A stretch of DNA of 64,000 nucleotides from Camelus dromedarius (GCF_036321535.1 NC_087437.1:67272001-67336000), one strand, 5' to 3'; counted from the stretch's first letter, positions 49,943-63,085 are shown. Made by a program: numbers and translations. The notes: generated from the sequence alone by a model not told the origin.

Positions 49943-52900
49943 GCTTTATTGACGTATGATTGACAAATAAAAATTGTATATACATACACATTTTGTGTGT
50001 ATGTGTAAATGTATGTGTGTGTATAAAGAAAATGTGATGTATGCTTTGTATCTACATATGTGTGTGTGTATAAAAATATATAATATATTGCATTTTCTTT
50101 ATCTGTTCATCTATTGATAGGCAGTTAGCTTGCTTCCATATCTTGGCTACAGTGACTATCCCTGCAATGAACATGGGAGTGCAGATAGTCCTTCAACATA
50201 GTGTTTTTTTCCCTTCAGATATATTCCCAGAATTGGAACTGCTCTAACATATGGTAGTTCTATCTTTAATTTTTTGAGGAGTCTCCATATTGTTTTCCAT
50301 ATGCCTATACCAATTTACATTCCCACCAACAGTGCAAATGCGTTCCTTTTTTCCCTACATCTTTGCCAACATTTATAATCTTTTTTACTTTTTGATAATA
50401 GCCATCCTAACAGGTGTGAGGTGATATCTCATTAAAGTTTTGATTTGCAGTTCCGTGATGATTATTGATGTCGAGCATTTTTCATATACCTATTGGCCAT
50501 TTATTGTCTTTTTTGAAAAAATATCTATTCAAGTCCTTTACCTAGTTTTCAATCTAATTATTTGATTTTTATTATTGAGTTGTATGAGTTTCTGATATAT
50601 TTTGGATGCTAACCCTTTATGTGATAGATGGCTTGCAAATATTTTCTTCTATTCTGTAGATTGCCTTTTCATTTTGTTGATTATTGCCTTTCCTGTGCAG
50701 AAACTTTTTAACTTGATATAGTACCACTTGGTTACTTTTGCTTTTGTTGCCTGTGCTTTTGGTGACAAATTCAAAAAAGTCACTTTCAAGAGCAATGTCA
50801 TGTGTTTCTTCTAGGAGTTTTCAGGTCCTTCAGTTGTCTTTAATCCATTTGGAGCTGATTTTTGTGTGTGGTATAGGATAAGATCCAGTTTCATTATTTT
50901 GCAAATGGATATAGTCTTCCCAGCACTGTTTATTGAAGAGACTGGCCTTTCCCCAGTGAGTGTTCTTGGTGCCTTTGTTGAAGATTAGTTGACTGTGTAT
51001 GTGTAGATTTATTTCTGAGCTCTCTATTCTGTTCTATTGGCCTGTGTCTGTTTTTATAGTAGTACTGTATTGTTTTGATTACTATAACTTTGTAATACAA
51101 TTTAAAATCAGGAAGTGTGATGCCTCCATATTTGCTCTTCTTGCTCAAGATTGCTTTAGCTATCCAGTGTTCTTGTGGTTCCATATGAATTTTAGGACTG
51201 ACTTTTTAAAATCTGTGAAAAATGCCATTGAAATTTTGATGCAGATTGCAATGAATGTGTAGATTGCTTTGGGTAGGATGGGCATTTTAACAATTTTAAT
51301 TCTTCTAATTCATAAACATAGAATATTTTTCCATTTATTTGTGTCTTCTTCACATTTATCAATGTCTTATAGTTTTCAGTGCACAACTCTTACTTCTTTG
51401 GTTAAATTTTTCTTAAGTAATGTATTCTTTTTGATGCTATTATAAATAGGTTTGTTAATTTATTTTTTGGGTAGTTCTTTGTTAGGCTATAGAAATGCAA
51501 CTGATTTTTTTGTGTTGCTTTTGTATCCTGCAACTTTACTGAAATTGTTTATTAGTTCTAACAGTTTTTTTGGTAGCATCTTCAGGGTTTTCTATATATA
51601 AGATCATGTCATCTGCAAACAGACAATTTTACTTTTTCCTTTCCAATTTGATTGTGTTTCATTTCTTTTTCCTCCCTAATTTCTCTGGCTAGGGCTTCCA
51701 TTACTATGTTGAATAAAGGTGGCAAGAGTAGGCATCCTTATTTTGTTCCAGATCTTAGAGGAAAATCTTTCAACCTTTCATTGTTGAGTATGATATGATA
51801 TTGTGTTTTGTCAAATGCTTTTTTTTGCATCTATTGAGATGATCATGTAATTTTTAACCTCCATTCTCTTAATGTGGTATATCACATTGATTGATTTGTG
51901 AATGTTGAACCATCTTTGAATCCCAAGGATAAAACCTCATTTGATCATGGTGTGTGAACCTTTAATGTGCTCTTGAATGTGGTTTGCTAGTAATTTATTG
52001 AGGGTTTTTGCATGTGTTCATCCAGGATATTGCCTTGTAGTTTTGTTTTCTTTTCTTGCTGTGTCCTTATCTTGCTTTAGTGTCAGAGTAATGCTGGCCT
52101 TGTGACATGAGTTTGGAAATATTTCCTCCTCTTCAGTTTTTGGGAAGAGTTAGAGAAGAATAGGTGTTAATTCTTTAATGTTTGGTGGAATTTACTAATG
52201 AACGCACTGGGCCCAAGGCTTTTCTTTGTTGGGAGGTTTTTAGTTACTGATTCCATCTCCTTACTCATTACTGGTCTGTTTGGATTTTTTATTTCTTTGT
52301 GATTTACTCTTGGTAAGTTGTATGTTTCTAGGAACATATCCATTTGTTCTAGGTTATCCAGTTTGTTGGCATATAATTGTTCATAGTGGTTTCTCCTGAT
52401 CTTTTGTATTTGTGTGGTATCAGTTGTAATGTTTCCTTTTTCATTTCTGATTTTATTTGAGTCTTCTCAAATAAAGTTGAATTGCTTTTGTGTGTCCCAA
52501 AAGTTTTGGTATGTTGTGTTTTGTTTTCAGTTGTCTGAAGATATTTTTAAATTTACCTTTTATTTCTTCTTTGACTCATTGGGTGTTCAGTAGCATGTTG
52601 TTTAATATCCACATATTTGATAATTTTCCCGTTTTCCTCCTTTTATTGATGTCTAGTTTCGTATAATTGTGGTCAGAAAAGATGCTTGATATTATTTCAG
52701 TCTTCTTAAATTTGTTAGGACTTGTTTTATGACCTAATATATGGCTTTTCATAGGGAATGTTCCATATGCAGGTGAGAAGAATGCATATTCTGCTGCTGT
52801 TGTATGAAAAGTTCTGCATATGTCAGGTCCATTTGGGCCTATAGTGTAGTTCAAATCCAGTGTATTTTTTCTGTTGTTGATTTTCTGTCTGGATAATCTA

Positions 52901-55860
52901 TCCATTGTTGAAAGTGGGGTATTAAAGACCCCTACTATTATTGTATTACTACTGTATTGTATTATTGTCTTTTTTTTTCTTTTAGGTCTGTTAATATTTG
53001 CTTTATATATTAGGTGTTCCTATGTTGGGTGCATATATATCTACAATTATTATATCCTCTTGATGAATTGACCACTTTATCATTATATAGAGACCTTCTT
53101 TGTCTCTTGTTACAGGTTTTGACTTAAAGTCTGTTTTGTCTTGATATAAGTATAGCTACCCCTACTCTTTTGTTTTCCATGTGAATGGAATATCTTTTTT
53201 TCCATACCTTCACTTTCAGCCTATGTGTGTCCTTGAAGCTGAAGTGAGTCTCTTGTAGGCCACATACTGTTGAAATTTTTTTTTAATTCATTCAACCACT
53301 CTGTGTCTTTTGATTGGAGAATTTAATCTATTTACATTGAAAGTAATTGTTGATAGATAAGAACTTACTATTGTGATTTTGTTAATGTTTTCTGGCTATT
53401 TTGTAATCCCTTTGTTCTTTTCTTCCTTCTGTCTTCCTTTATGATTTGATAATTATCTATAGTGTTATGCTTTGATTCTTTTCTTTTATGTATCTGCTGT
53501 AGGCTTTTTTCTTTGTGGTTACCAAGGCCATCTCATGATACATACAACATCTCATAACAGTCTATTTTAAACTGATAGCAATTTCAATCACATACAAAAC
53601 CTGTACCCTTTTACTTTTCTTCTTCACGTTTTATGTTTTAATGTCATAATTTACATCTTCTTCTGTTGTATTTCCATTAACAAATTATTGTAGGTCGTTT
53701 TTTAAAAATACTTTTGCCTTTTAACCTCATACTAGAGTTACAAGTAATTTACACATTACCCTTCTGGTATCAGAGTATTCTGAATTTGACTATGTATTTT
53801 AGACCTTACCAATTAATTTTATACTTTCATAAGTTTTCATGTTATTAATTAGCATTTTTTCATTTCACCTTTAAGTACTCCCTTTAGCATTTCTTATAAA
53901 GCAGGTCTAGTGTTGATGAATTCTCTTAGCTTTTGTTTATCTGGGAAAGTCTTTATCTCCCCTTGACTTGTGAGAATAGCTTTACAAGGTAAATTATTCT
54001 TGGTTGGCAGTTATTTTTCTTTCAGTACTTTGAATATATCATCCCACTCTCTCCTGTCTTGCAAGGTTTCTTCTAAGAAATCTGCCTAATGCCTTATAGG
54101 AGGTCCCTTGTATGTGATGATTTGCTTTTTCTCTTGCTGCTTTCAAAATTTACTCTTTGTCTTTGATTTGTGACAGTTTGATTATAATGTGTCTCAGTGA
54201 AGTCTTTTTTGGGTTGAATTTGGAGACTTTTGAGCTTCATGTACCGGGATGTCCATATCTCTCCCCAGATTTGAGAAGTTTTAAGCCATTTTCACTTTAT
54301 ATAATTTATTTTTGTCTATCTGTTTGGGGGAGGGTAATGAGGTTTGTTTATTTATTTAGTCTTTAATGGAGGTACTGGGGATTGAACCCAGGATCTCATG
54401 CATGCTGAGTATGTGCTCTACCACTGAACTATACCCCTTTTCACTTTAAGTAAGCTTTTTGCCTGTTTTTTCTCGTCTGGGATTCTAATGATGTGTGTTA
54501 TAGGCTATCTTCACTCTTTTTCATTCTTTTTTTTTCTTATGGATAATTTCAAATGACTTGTCTTTGAGTAGTTAACAGACTCTTCTTCTGCTTGATCAAG
54601 TCTGGTGTTGATGCTCTATTGCATTTTCATTCCATTCATTACATTAATCAGCTACAGAATTTCTGTTTGTCTTCAGTGATTTCTATCTCTTTCTTTAACT
54701 TCTCATATTGTTCATGTCTTATTTTCCTGATTTCATTAAGTTGTCTGTGTTCTCTTTTACCTTTCTGAGCTTCATTAAAACAATGATTTTAAATTCTTTG
54801 TCAGGCAATTTGTAGATGTCCATTTCTTTGGGGTTGGTCACTAGACAATTATTTTGTTCCTTTGGTATTGTCATGTTTCCTTGATTTTTCATGTTTCTTT
54901 AAGTCTTGTGTTGCTATATTTGCATTTGAAGAAGCAGTCACCTCCTCCAGTCTTTATTGGCTGACTTTGGGAGAAAAATGCCTTAACCAGAAAGCTTGGA
55001 TAGGAATTCTGAGGCTGTCTCAGACCTTGCCTGTGGATGCAGCCATCCCACACCTCTTGTTCCCTCTTGGGGGAGGAATTCTTGAGATTGTATATCTTCT
55101 CTCCATCTTGTGAAGCCAGCCTGGGTGCTCAGATGCTCCCATTTATTTTCCCTAGGGCATTGCCCTGAACTGTTCAAGTTTGTGTGCATTCTCCCAGTTC
55201 CACAGTTGGGCTGGATTTTTGCATGAATTTGTGAGCTGCCTACAAATCCTCTCCCTTGTAGTCAATGAGGGTGCACATGTGGATCCAGCCACCACAAGGA
55301 GGAGGGTGGTTGGGTGGGGTGTGCTGACAACTGGGTGTGCCTATGGGCCAGTTTGAGGGGTCCACAGACAAGGCATCCCAAGTGTCCCATGGGTAGGTTC
55401 CTGATGAAGTCTAAAAAGCAGTTCGTAAGATCTGCAGCCTTTGATGAGCACTGAACGCTGTTTGCTATGCTCCCAGCCTCTTCCAACCCTTCATATTCTC
55501 GGTGGCAGAAAGAAGCGGACCTGTTGGGCAGCATCTCGCGTGAGTAGGGAAGTTGCTGCTTACTCACTTTGCTCTCACTTTCCCCTGTGGGGGAGATCAC
55601 AGACCGGGGAGGGGAGTCTCTCTTGGCACTGAGCTGTGCCACCTTAGGAGAGGAGCACCATGGATAAAATGAGACTGTTCTTCTATGTGTCTCTTCTCAT
55701 AATTTCAGTGTGTCTCTTCTCATAATTTTCTCCAGTGATGTGCTGAAATTTCTCTGCTCCTGGACTCCCACTCCTGTCTGAGGGTGGTTGTCAAAATCTA
55801 TGTTCTATGGGGAGATGATGGCAGAAAACTCTCACTCCATCATCTTACTAATGTCACTCA
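49943..55860 (-). mobile_element. Near full-length L1 (L1MA/L1M2-type), degenerate
   Basis: 3' end ctttattga..tgacaaataaaaattgtata; ORF2 remnants [13 protein letters not shown] and HILGHK..IISSIFSDHN; ORF1 region ~53900-54800; 5' end catcttactaatgtcactc. Confidence 0.92.
54300..54437 (-). mobile_element. tRNA-derived SINE (Vic-1 type) inserted in L1 ORF1
   Basis: Reverse complement reads ggggtatagttcagtggtagagc..gggttcaatccccagtacctcca; TSD ttttcacttta at 54289-54299 and 54438-54448. Confidence 0.92.
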
Positions 55861-56809
55861 CTTCTATCTTTAACTTTGATTTTTCTCAAAATTTAGAATT
55901 GTATTCAGATTTTGTAAAATCAGAGTCCCCATTTCTCCAGAACTTCAGCTCAGAGACATGTGGCTTATGAGAGAGAGAGACTTCCTAATTTCAGAATCCA
56001 GTGCTTTCACTTCACTTAAGAAGCAGGCTTAGGCCCAGGGTATGATGATGGGTGACTGCAAGGATATCTTCACTAAACTGACTTTTGATTAAGTGTTGAA
56101 TGGTTCTGAATTGAGCATATTATTATTCACCAAAATGCATCCTACAAAACATCAAAGGCAGGCATAAACTTCAGGTTTAATACTAATTAGAGGCATCTGT
56201 TTCCCAGGTGTGAGGTGTTTATCTTTGAAAAGAGGGAGATAGTAAAGCACAGAAGAAGCACACTAGAGCACCGAGAAGCAGTAAATGATTGAGTGGATTC
56301 AGGGAAGGAGAAAAAATAAGAGATAAAACAAGATGCTGTGGTGAATACAAAGAGCCCGGAGAACGGCTCTGGGGCGCTTCTGTGCATGGGCTGAAAGGAA
56401 CATGATGTGTATGCCACAGCGCCTGGTTTTTTATTCAGATTCTTCCATTTTCCCCCTTATTTTCTTGGTTTTTGTTTTTGTTTTTGTCAGGCCCATAAAG
56501 CAATATTTAGTTTGAAAAGTGTAGTTTTCTCTGCAACTTTGGAGCCCCAGGAGGGCTGATGCATCTCTGCACTTATCTGTACACGGCTGACTCTCTCTCT
56601 TCATTATTCATATTCAGCACTTCCTTACAAGGAACCTTGAAAATAGGAAGCACAGATCTCATGCTTTCCTTTCCCCAAAGTTGAGGCAAGTAGAAACAGC
56701 TTCATTTAGCAGATAGCAAAATAGCACTCGATTTGGGAGAGATCTCAAATATCTGTATCTTTTCCCAGGTTTTCCTGGGGTGTTTTGTCCTAGTGTCTAT
56801 GAACATGAT

Positions 56810-56990
56810 GTGATGGCAACAGTGGGTGATTTGGGGCCTAGAGACCTGCATCCTAGTCCTTGTTCTGCCTGTTCCTAGCTGTGTGACTTGAGGAAATTCA
56901 GTTAGTCTCTCCTGTTCTTAGTTTCTCTATTTGCAAAATAAAGATTTATGAAGATTGCCTTGAAGGTTTCTACTAAACTGGTTGTTTTAT
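56810..56990 (+). mobile_element. MIR SINE
   Basis: ctagctgtgtgacttgaggaaa..cttagtttctctatttgcaaaat. Confidence 0.75.
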
Positions 56991-57089
56991 TATGAAACTC
57001 ACGATTCAATTCAAATCTCTAAAGCATTTTGGATATTAACTGTGTTCTAGGCACTTGAGATAAGGTGAATATAAGATATCGTGGTCTCA

Positions 57090-57662
57090 CAATAGCCAAG
57101 ACATGGAAACAGCCTAAATGTCCATCAACAGATGACTGGGTAAAGAAGATGTGGTGTATTTATACAGTGGAATACTGAATAAAAACCGACAACATAACGC
57201 CATTTGCAGCAACATGGATGTTCCTGGAGAATGTCATTCTAAGTGAAGTAAGCCAGAAAGAGAAAGAAAAATACCATATGAGATCGCTTATATGCGGAAT
57301 CTAAAAAAAAAAAAAAAATACAAAACAGAAATGGACTCATAGACATAGAATACAAACTTGTGATTGCCGGGGGATAGGGGTTGGGAAGGGACAGACTGGG
57401 ATTTCAAAATGTAGAACAAATAAACAAGATTGTACGGTGTAGCACAGGGAAATATATACAGGATCTTGTGGTGGCTCACAGCGAAAGAGAATGTGACAAG
57501 GAATGTATGTTCATGTATAACTGAAAAATTGTGCTCTACACTGAAATTTGACACAACATTGTAAAATGACTATAACTCAGTAAAAAATGTTAAAAAATAA
57601 ATAAATAAAAATAAAATAAAAAATTAATGCTGCCAATAAACCTTTATGGCTTATTAAAAAAA
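57090..57662 (+). mobile_element. Young 5'-truncated camelid-type L1 with a double tail, inserted in L2
   Basis: TSD aagatatcgtggtctca (57073-57089) vs aagatatcatggtctca (57663-57679), 16/17 identical. Confidence 0.95.
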
Positions 57663-57983
57663 AAGATATCATGGTCTCAAACAGCTCTTCATGGGTGTGT
57701 GCAACAGAATAGAAATGTCTCAGAAACCCTGTTATTGTGGATAAGGAATGATAAATCCTATGCTGGAGGATTAGGGAAGATCGCTCTATAAAGTGTACAA
57801 TTGTGAAGGATAGATGAGGGTCACCTTGCAGATCAGGAAGAAGCCATTTCCTATTACTATGGAGCTCAAAGTTCTTCAGCCTGGAAGTTTCCAAGCTTTC
57901 CAGGGTCTCCTGTCTTCTTTACTTCAAAATTGAGTCCCTAACTCCATCCCCTGCAGAGGTACGTCAGGCTGTTCTCAGAAATC

Positions 57984-58008
57984 TGTGTGTGTGTGTGTGT
58001 GTGTGTGT
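57984..58008. repeat. (TG)n microsatellite
   Basis: Run of tg dinucleotides. Confidence 0.95.
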
Positions 58009-58519
58009 TCATGTTCATTAGTTGGGGGACATTTGTTCTCTTCTAACTTGTTCTACACTGAGAGATGCTTTGAACTTTTGCTGGCAGTAACCTTAGCTCT
58101 CAGAATTTGAAACTGTCACCCTCATCTACCCAGCCCCACCTTTCCTCTTATTTCATTTATACTAACACCATGAATACAGGGTTATTAGAACAGACAATGT
58201 TTACTGAACGTTTAAGAAAAGTGGAGGATAATTATTGATTGCAGAGGAGGACAACTTTTATTAAGTGTTGTGTAGAAATCCCTATCACAGAGAGGTTTTG
58301 GGGACCCTTGCTTTCAAGTACAGGAGCTTCTCTCATCTCTCTCCATGTCTCCACCATGTCCCCCAGAGTGTCTCCTATAAATCCCCAAATTCCTAACACC
58401 TGATTAGGCAGAACAATTCAACTTGTCACTCTCGCTCTCTGGCGATGCCCAGGTAGCTTGACTTTCTTTACTAAAAGCACTGGCTAAGACTTGGTAAGTG
58501 TTTTAACTAATCAGTAGAA

Positions 58520-59005
58520 CAAAAAGTAGGAACATGTTTTGCTCTGTGACTCATTGAAGTTAAAATCTAAAATAAAATTCACTTAAATCGGATAGATGTT
58601 TTCTCTCTCATGTTGAAGTGTTACAGTGGGACAGTTAATGCTGTGGTGGCCCTGTTCCACAAAATCTACAGAGACCCAGGCTGTTTCTATCTTAGTGCTT
58701 CTTTGACCACGACCTGTGTTCTCAAGGTCATCCATGATCCAACATGGTGCCTGAGCTCCAGCCGTTTTATCTGCATTCTAAAATGAAAGAATGAATAATG
58801 ACAAGGCTTCCTTTCTCTTAAGGAAAGCTTATGGATGCTGCCATGCCATTAGCTGAGATTAGATGTTTATATCCCATTAGCCAGAATCTATCCCCATGGC
58901 CACACATCACATATAGCTACCAGAGAGGCTGGGAAATGCAGCCTTTATTCTGGTCACATCCCCTGCTAAAACTTGAGGGTTTTATTGCTACAGAAGGAAA
59001 GGATG
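58520..59005 (-). mobile_element. Old MaLR LTR (MLT1J/K-like)
   Basis: atcccattagccagaatc..catggccacac..gagaggctgggaaatgcagcc. Confidence 0.7.
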
Positions 59006-59559
59006 CTCAGACGTTTTAGTCACAGTTTCTTTTCTATGATGCAGAAGGTGGAAAATGAAGGATCTTGGTAGCTTATTGCTTATCTTTATAATGGCTATTT
59101 AATCCTATTAACATGATTCTTTGTAGATCCTTTGCAGTTTTTCCAAGTTCCTCTTAAAAGATGGATATCAAAACTGGACACAGAATTGTAATAAGGGCTT
59201 CACCAAATCCTTAATCTCTGTTTAATCACTTGCCAAATATGAACCTTTTCTGTTACCATCACTGGGATTACAGTCCAACTTTTTAAGAGAATGAATGAAT
59301 AGAATGTTTTCAGTCTACTTTTTTCTTCTGTTGTTATTTTTGTGTTCTGTGAGTCTAATAATTTTTTATTTGAGGACCTCACATTTTTTTAACTTTAATT
59401 TTGTACTGTTTTCCTTCAAGCCCTTTTTAATGGGTGCATTAAATCTGAACAAGAGCTAAATTGTAAGGGATTTAACAGAGTAAGTACCATAACAGCCTTA
59501 ATAAGGCCATTCTGTGAGAGCCTGCTGATTATATTTGGTATTTGCCCAGATATAATCAT

Positions 59560-60945
59560 TCCTTCATTCTTTAATTCATTCAAGAGACATATAGTGACTA
59601 CCTACATTTTGTATTTGTCCTGAGCACAGTAACTGGCAGGGCCAGGACATTAAAAAGTGTCAAGAGATGTGAATCCTGACCTCATGGAACTTACCTTCTA
59701 GTGGAAGAAAGATAATAACAAATAAGGACAAAGACATTAATTATTTACCTCTTGTAATAGAAACTCTAAAGAAATAAAAAGGATTCTGCAATAGAAAGTA
59801 ACAAAAGTGGAGGTCTACATTAGGGAGGATGATCTCAGTATAGAGCTTCCTGAAGAGGTGGCATTGAAACTGAGGCTTGAAGGATGAGATGCAGCCAGTC
59901 GTGCAAACGATGTCGGGAAGAGCGACCCAAGCAGAGGGAACAGTGAATGCAAAGGAGAAAAGCTTGGCTTGATGGATATGTTGAATACCGCAGCGTGGGT
60001 GGTATGTGATGGTATGCCAGGAGAGTTCGTTGTATAACTATAACTAACTATAGTTAGTTCTGCTATAATGCTTGCTTTCAAAATGCAGATTTCTTTCAAC
60101 ACGATTGGTAGGGAAAAATTTGAGCTTTGCATGGATTTTTGCATTTGCTTATGTGTGTTTTTGCCTAAGAGGAACACTAGGTGAATGCAGAGAACTGGAC
60201 CCAGTTTAACTGGGCAGTGTCGGTATATACTAAACGCACACATGTATATATCTCAGACAGTTACTAGCTTCCTCAATTCACCATACGTGTCTGAATCACA
60301 TCCATCCACCCATCTGGTGTTACACCTTTTCCTTCTGATTTCAGGTCACCTTCCTTCTACCACAGTAGTTTACAAGCCTTGACTCTTCTGGCACCCACTT
60401 CCCAAAGCAAACTTCAAGTCTTTCCAAGGTAAACTGCCTTATTTATTGTAGTATGTATGTATTTCTTAACCATTTAAACTGTGTCATTAAAACTGTGCCA
60501 CCATTTTTATTGGGTTCTTCCCTTTCTTTAATGTACCACTGATGACATTTTTGCATATTGTTACCCTCTTCCCATGTTGTCCATAAACTCTGTGGTTTTT
60601 ATTGCATGCTTTTCATACTGTAGCACTTTTCAGGAATGCATGTGTTGCGTTAGCAGATCCCACTGTGCTGGGGAGGTTGGAGTAGGCATGGGACAGATCC
60701 TTATACACAGCCATACATTCTATGTAAAGAACTTCTGTTTTTTTATGGTTGCCTTGAGAAGCCCTCAAAAGATCTGAAGCAGGGAAGGAACATGATATGA
60801 TTTGTGTGGTGCTGTGGTACATGGTAAGGGCTAAGCGTTGAAGCTGAGAGACTAGTCGGGAGACTGTTGTAATGGTTCGGGTGTAAGTGGTCATGATTTG
60901 GACTGATGAGGGAGCACTGAAGCTGGAGAGGAGCGTTTGGAATTC
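59560..60945 (-). mobile_element. L2 LINE split by a DNA-transposon fossil
   Basis: cttcctgaagaggtggcattgaaactgaggcttgaaggatgag; resumes ~60750 with tctgaagcagggaagg. Confidence 0.7.
60051..60666. mobile_element. TcMar-Tigger family non-autonomous fossil
   Basis: Left end tagttagttctgctataatgc and right end gcgttagcagatcccactg form degenerate inverted termini. Confidence 0.5.
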
Positions 60946-60989
60946 AGCTGCGGTTTGCCTTGTAGGGATGCTTGTCAGCTCTTGCTTAC

Positions 60990-61058
60990 AGGCCATCACC
61001 AACATCTGGACTGCATCGTTGGCGCAAACCTCTCAGTCCCTGGTTAACGAGGCCCCAT
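60990..61058 (-). other. Candidate exon C (69 nt)
   Basis: Acceptor tctctttttaccatccacag, donor CCT/gtaagc; non-repeat sequence. Confidence 0.35.
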
Positions 61059-61649
61059 CTGTGGATGGTAAAAAGAGACACCATCCATTTCGGAGGGAAT
61101 CTTGGTTGTTCTGCTGTTTTGCTGCTCCAGTATTAATTACTACACAATGCAAGATCACTTTCAAGAAATGAGAATGCCCTTGAAGGTATCTTTTGTAATC
61201 AAAAATGCTAATTTATTTTCATTAATTTCTATCCTTTTCTTTTAAGATACACTTAGGATTAATAAAATAAATTACAAGACACAATGACTTGAATCCTGTG
61301 ATGCTTAAGGAATTAACTGAAACAAAACCTTCTGAAAACTGAGAGGCTTGCTGAGGGGCCCATGATACCAGATGCCATAAACCAGAAGGCATAACATTCA
61401 TATCTAGAAATTCAAGAATAATGTGAGCATTAATTTTCAAAGTCTGAGAGGGATTACAGAGTAGTTGGGGAAAATCAAAATGACTCTGAAAAGAACTAAT
61501 CTTGTCAAACCAATCTAACTTTTTTCTACAGCAGCATGAAAGTTATAATGTGGCTTGGTGCTTATTGTGCTTTTGATTAGGCATTTGAATGGCATTTTCC
61601 TCAACAGTCTGGGCAAAGTGATTCTGAACATTTTCTCCCTTGGCAGTAC

Positions 61650-61803
61650 CTGGAGCAGAGGGCGGCCTAGCCTCCCAGAGTTACTGATGAGCCCAGTCAT
61701 CAGGGCTGAAGGGTTTGGTCCTAAATAGATGGAGATAAAATGTCTATGTTGAGGATCCCTTTTATAAGTAAAAGTGAGGCATCCCAGGCTGAACTGTGAA
61801 TAC
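61650..61803 (-). other. Candidate exon B (154 nt)
   Basis: Acceptor gtctaacaattgcag, donor CAG/gtactg; one open frame YSQFSLGCLTF..RPLLQ. Confidence 0.3.
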
Positions 61804-62439
61804 CTGCAATTGTTAGACATTATGAAAGTAGGAAGGGGTAGAGGTGGAGGTCATGACGGGGTCCTATAACATACCTGTCATTTTGCTCTGTTTATTGCAT
61901 TTTGAAGACTGGGCCCAGGATGTGGCTAGTATGGTTGTCAAAGGCTGAAGACTCAGTGCTTCTTGGGTTTGGCCAGTTGTCCTCTGTCTGGAGGAGCAGG
62001 GGACACTGTCCTAGATCATCAGATGTACGGAAAGTTGGCTGGAACCAGGGATAATCTTGACATACTTATAAGGTGAACTTCTGTTTTCTCCCAGTGTACT
62101 TGAAATTAATTAACCACTAACAGCATCAGGCAGGATAACAAACTACCTTAATGTAGTTGTTGTAAAAGTCGTTTGTAATTAAATGAACAATCTCCAATTA
62201 CATACAAATAATTAAAGTATAAAGAATTTTTAGCAGTTTGTACTCAAATACAGGGTAGGAGAAGGGAAAATATTGTTCTCTTCATTTCTTCATCTCATCT
62301 TTTTCGTGGTTTAAGTTTAAATTTGTAATTGTGATTGTGGAAACTGGTTTAAATTATCCTTGGCAACAGTGTTATATAATCTGTAAGATAAGTATGTTTT
62401 TCATAAAACAAAAGACTTTGGGGGAATAAAATAAGTAAT

Positions 62440-62600
62440 AGTGATTACAATTTATTAAACACATTCTGTGTTTTAGACCCTATGTTAAGTATGTTTTATT
62501 CATTATTTAATTTAGCTTTTATTCCATAATATAAAGATTAGGAAATTGAGGCTCAGAGAGTTCTATAACATACTCAAGGTTCCAGAGTTAGGAAATGACT
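62440..62600 (-). mobile_element. MIR SINE
   Basis: ggaaattgaggctcagagag..ctcaagg. Confidence 0.7.
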
Positions 62601-62885
62601 AATGCTAAATGAATTTTGCAACTAGTTCATTCCACCACTAAAATAAAAAAAGAAAAGAGGCTTCTTCTCTGAATACCATGAACAGTTTTGGAAATGGTAC
62701 CAACTATTCATCTCTTCCATTCTTCTGAGGACAGAATGCTTTTAATATCTGAAAATATTTTTCTTAAGGACAGAGGTAGCTTATGGCAGTTGTGATACTT
62801 ATGGCTACTTTTGGACTATGGTTTCGTTCTTCTGGTCTCATATTTTCTGGGAGAATCAGGCCTACTGTTTGGTCTTAGGAGTTAC

Positions 62886-63085
62886 CGGAACTGTGGAGAT
62901 GTGTAAGGATAATCCTTGCACCCTGTGTCCGTGATCAGGTTCAGACCAGTCGTAGAAGTCAGCATATTGCATAACCCACCCCACCAGCTCCTGTCCATCA
63001 TACCAGAGGACATAGGCCCTGATTGGTCCAGCTTCTGCAAGGCTGTTTCAAGGAATCAAGAGCTGCTTGATGGCATGGTTATTTC
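62886..63085 (-). other. Candidate exon A (200 nt) or coding-derived remnant
   Basis: Acceptor cctattccttctactgcatcttggcag, donor CCG/gtaact; GC-richer than its flanks. Confidence 0.35.

Noticed and set aside
60991..61066. Plus-strand exon overlapping candidate exon C
   Set aside because: Weaker donor (gtaaaa) and no partner exons; the minus-strand signals are better.
62895..63000. Rossmann-like TGAGGVGYAIC..GARIIL in a third minus-strand frame
   Set aside because: Four stops nearby and atypical spacing; likely chance.
63048..63050. In-frame TGA as selenocysteine
   Set aside because: No SECIS element or selenoprotein motif is visible; a nonsense codon or non-coding frame is simpler.
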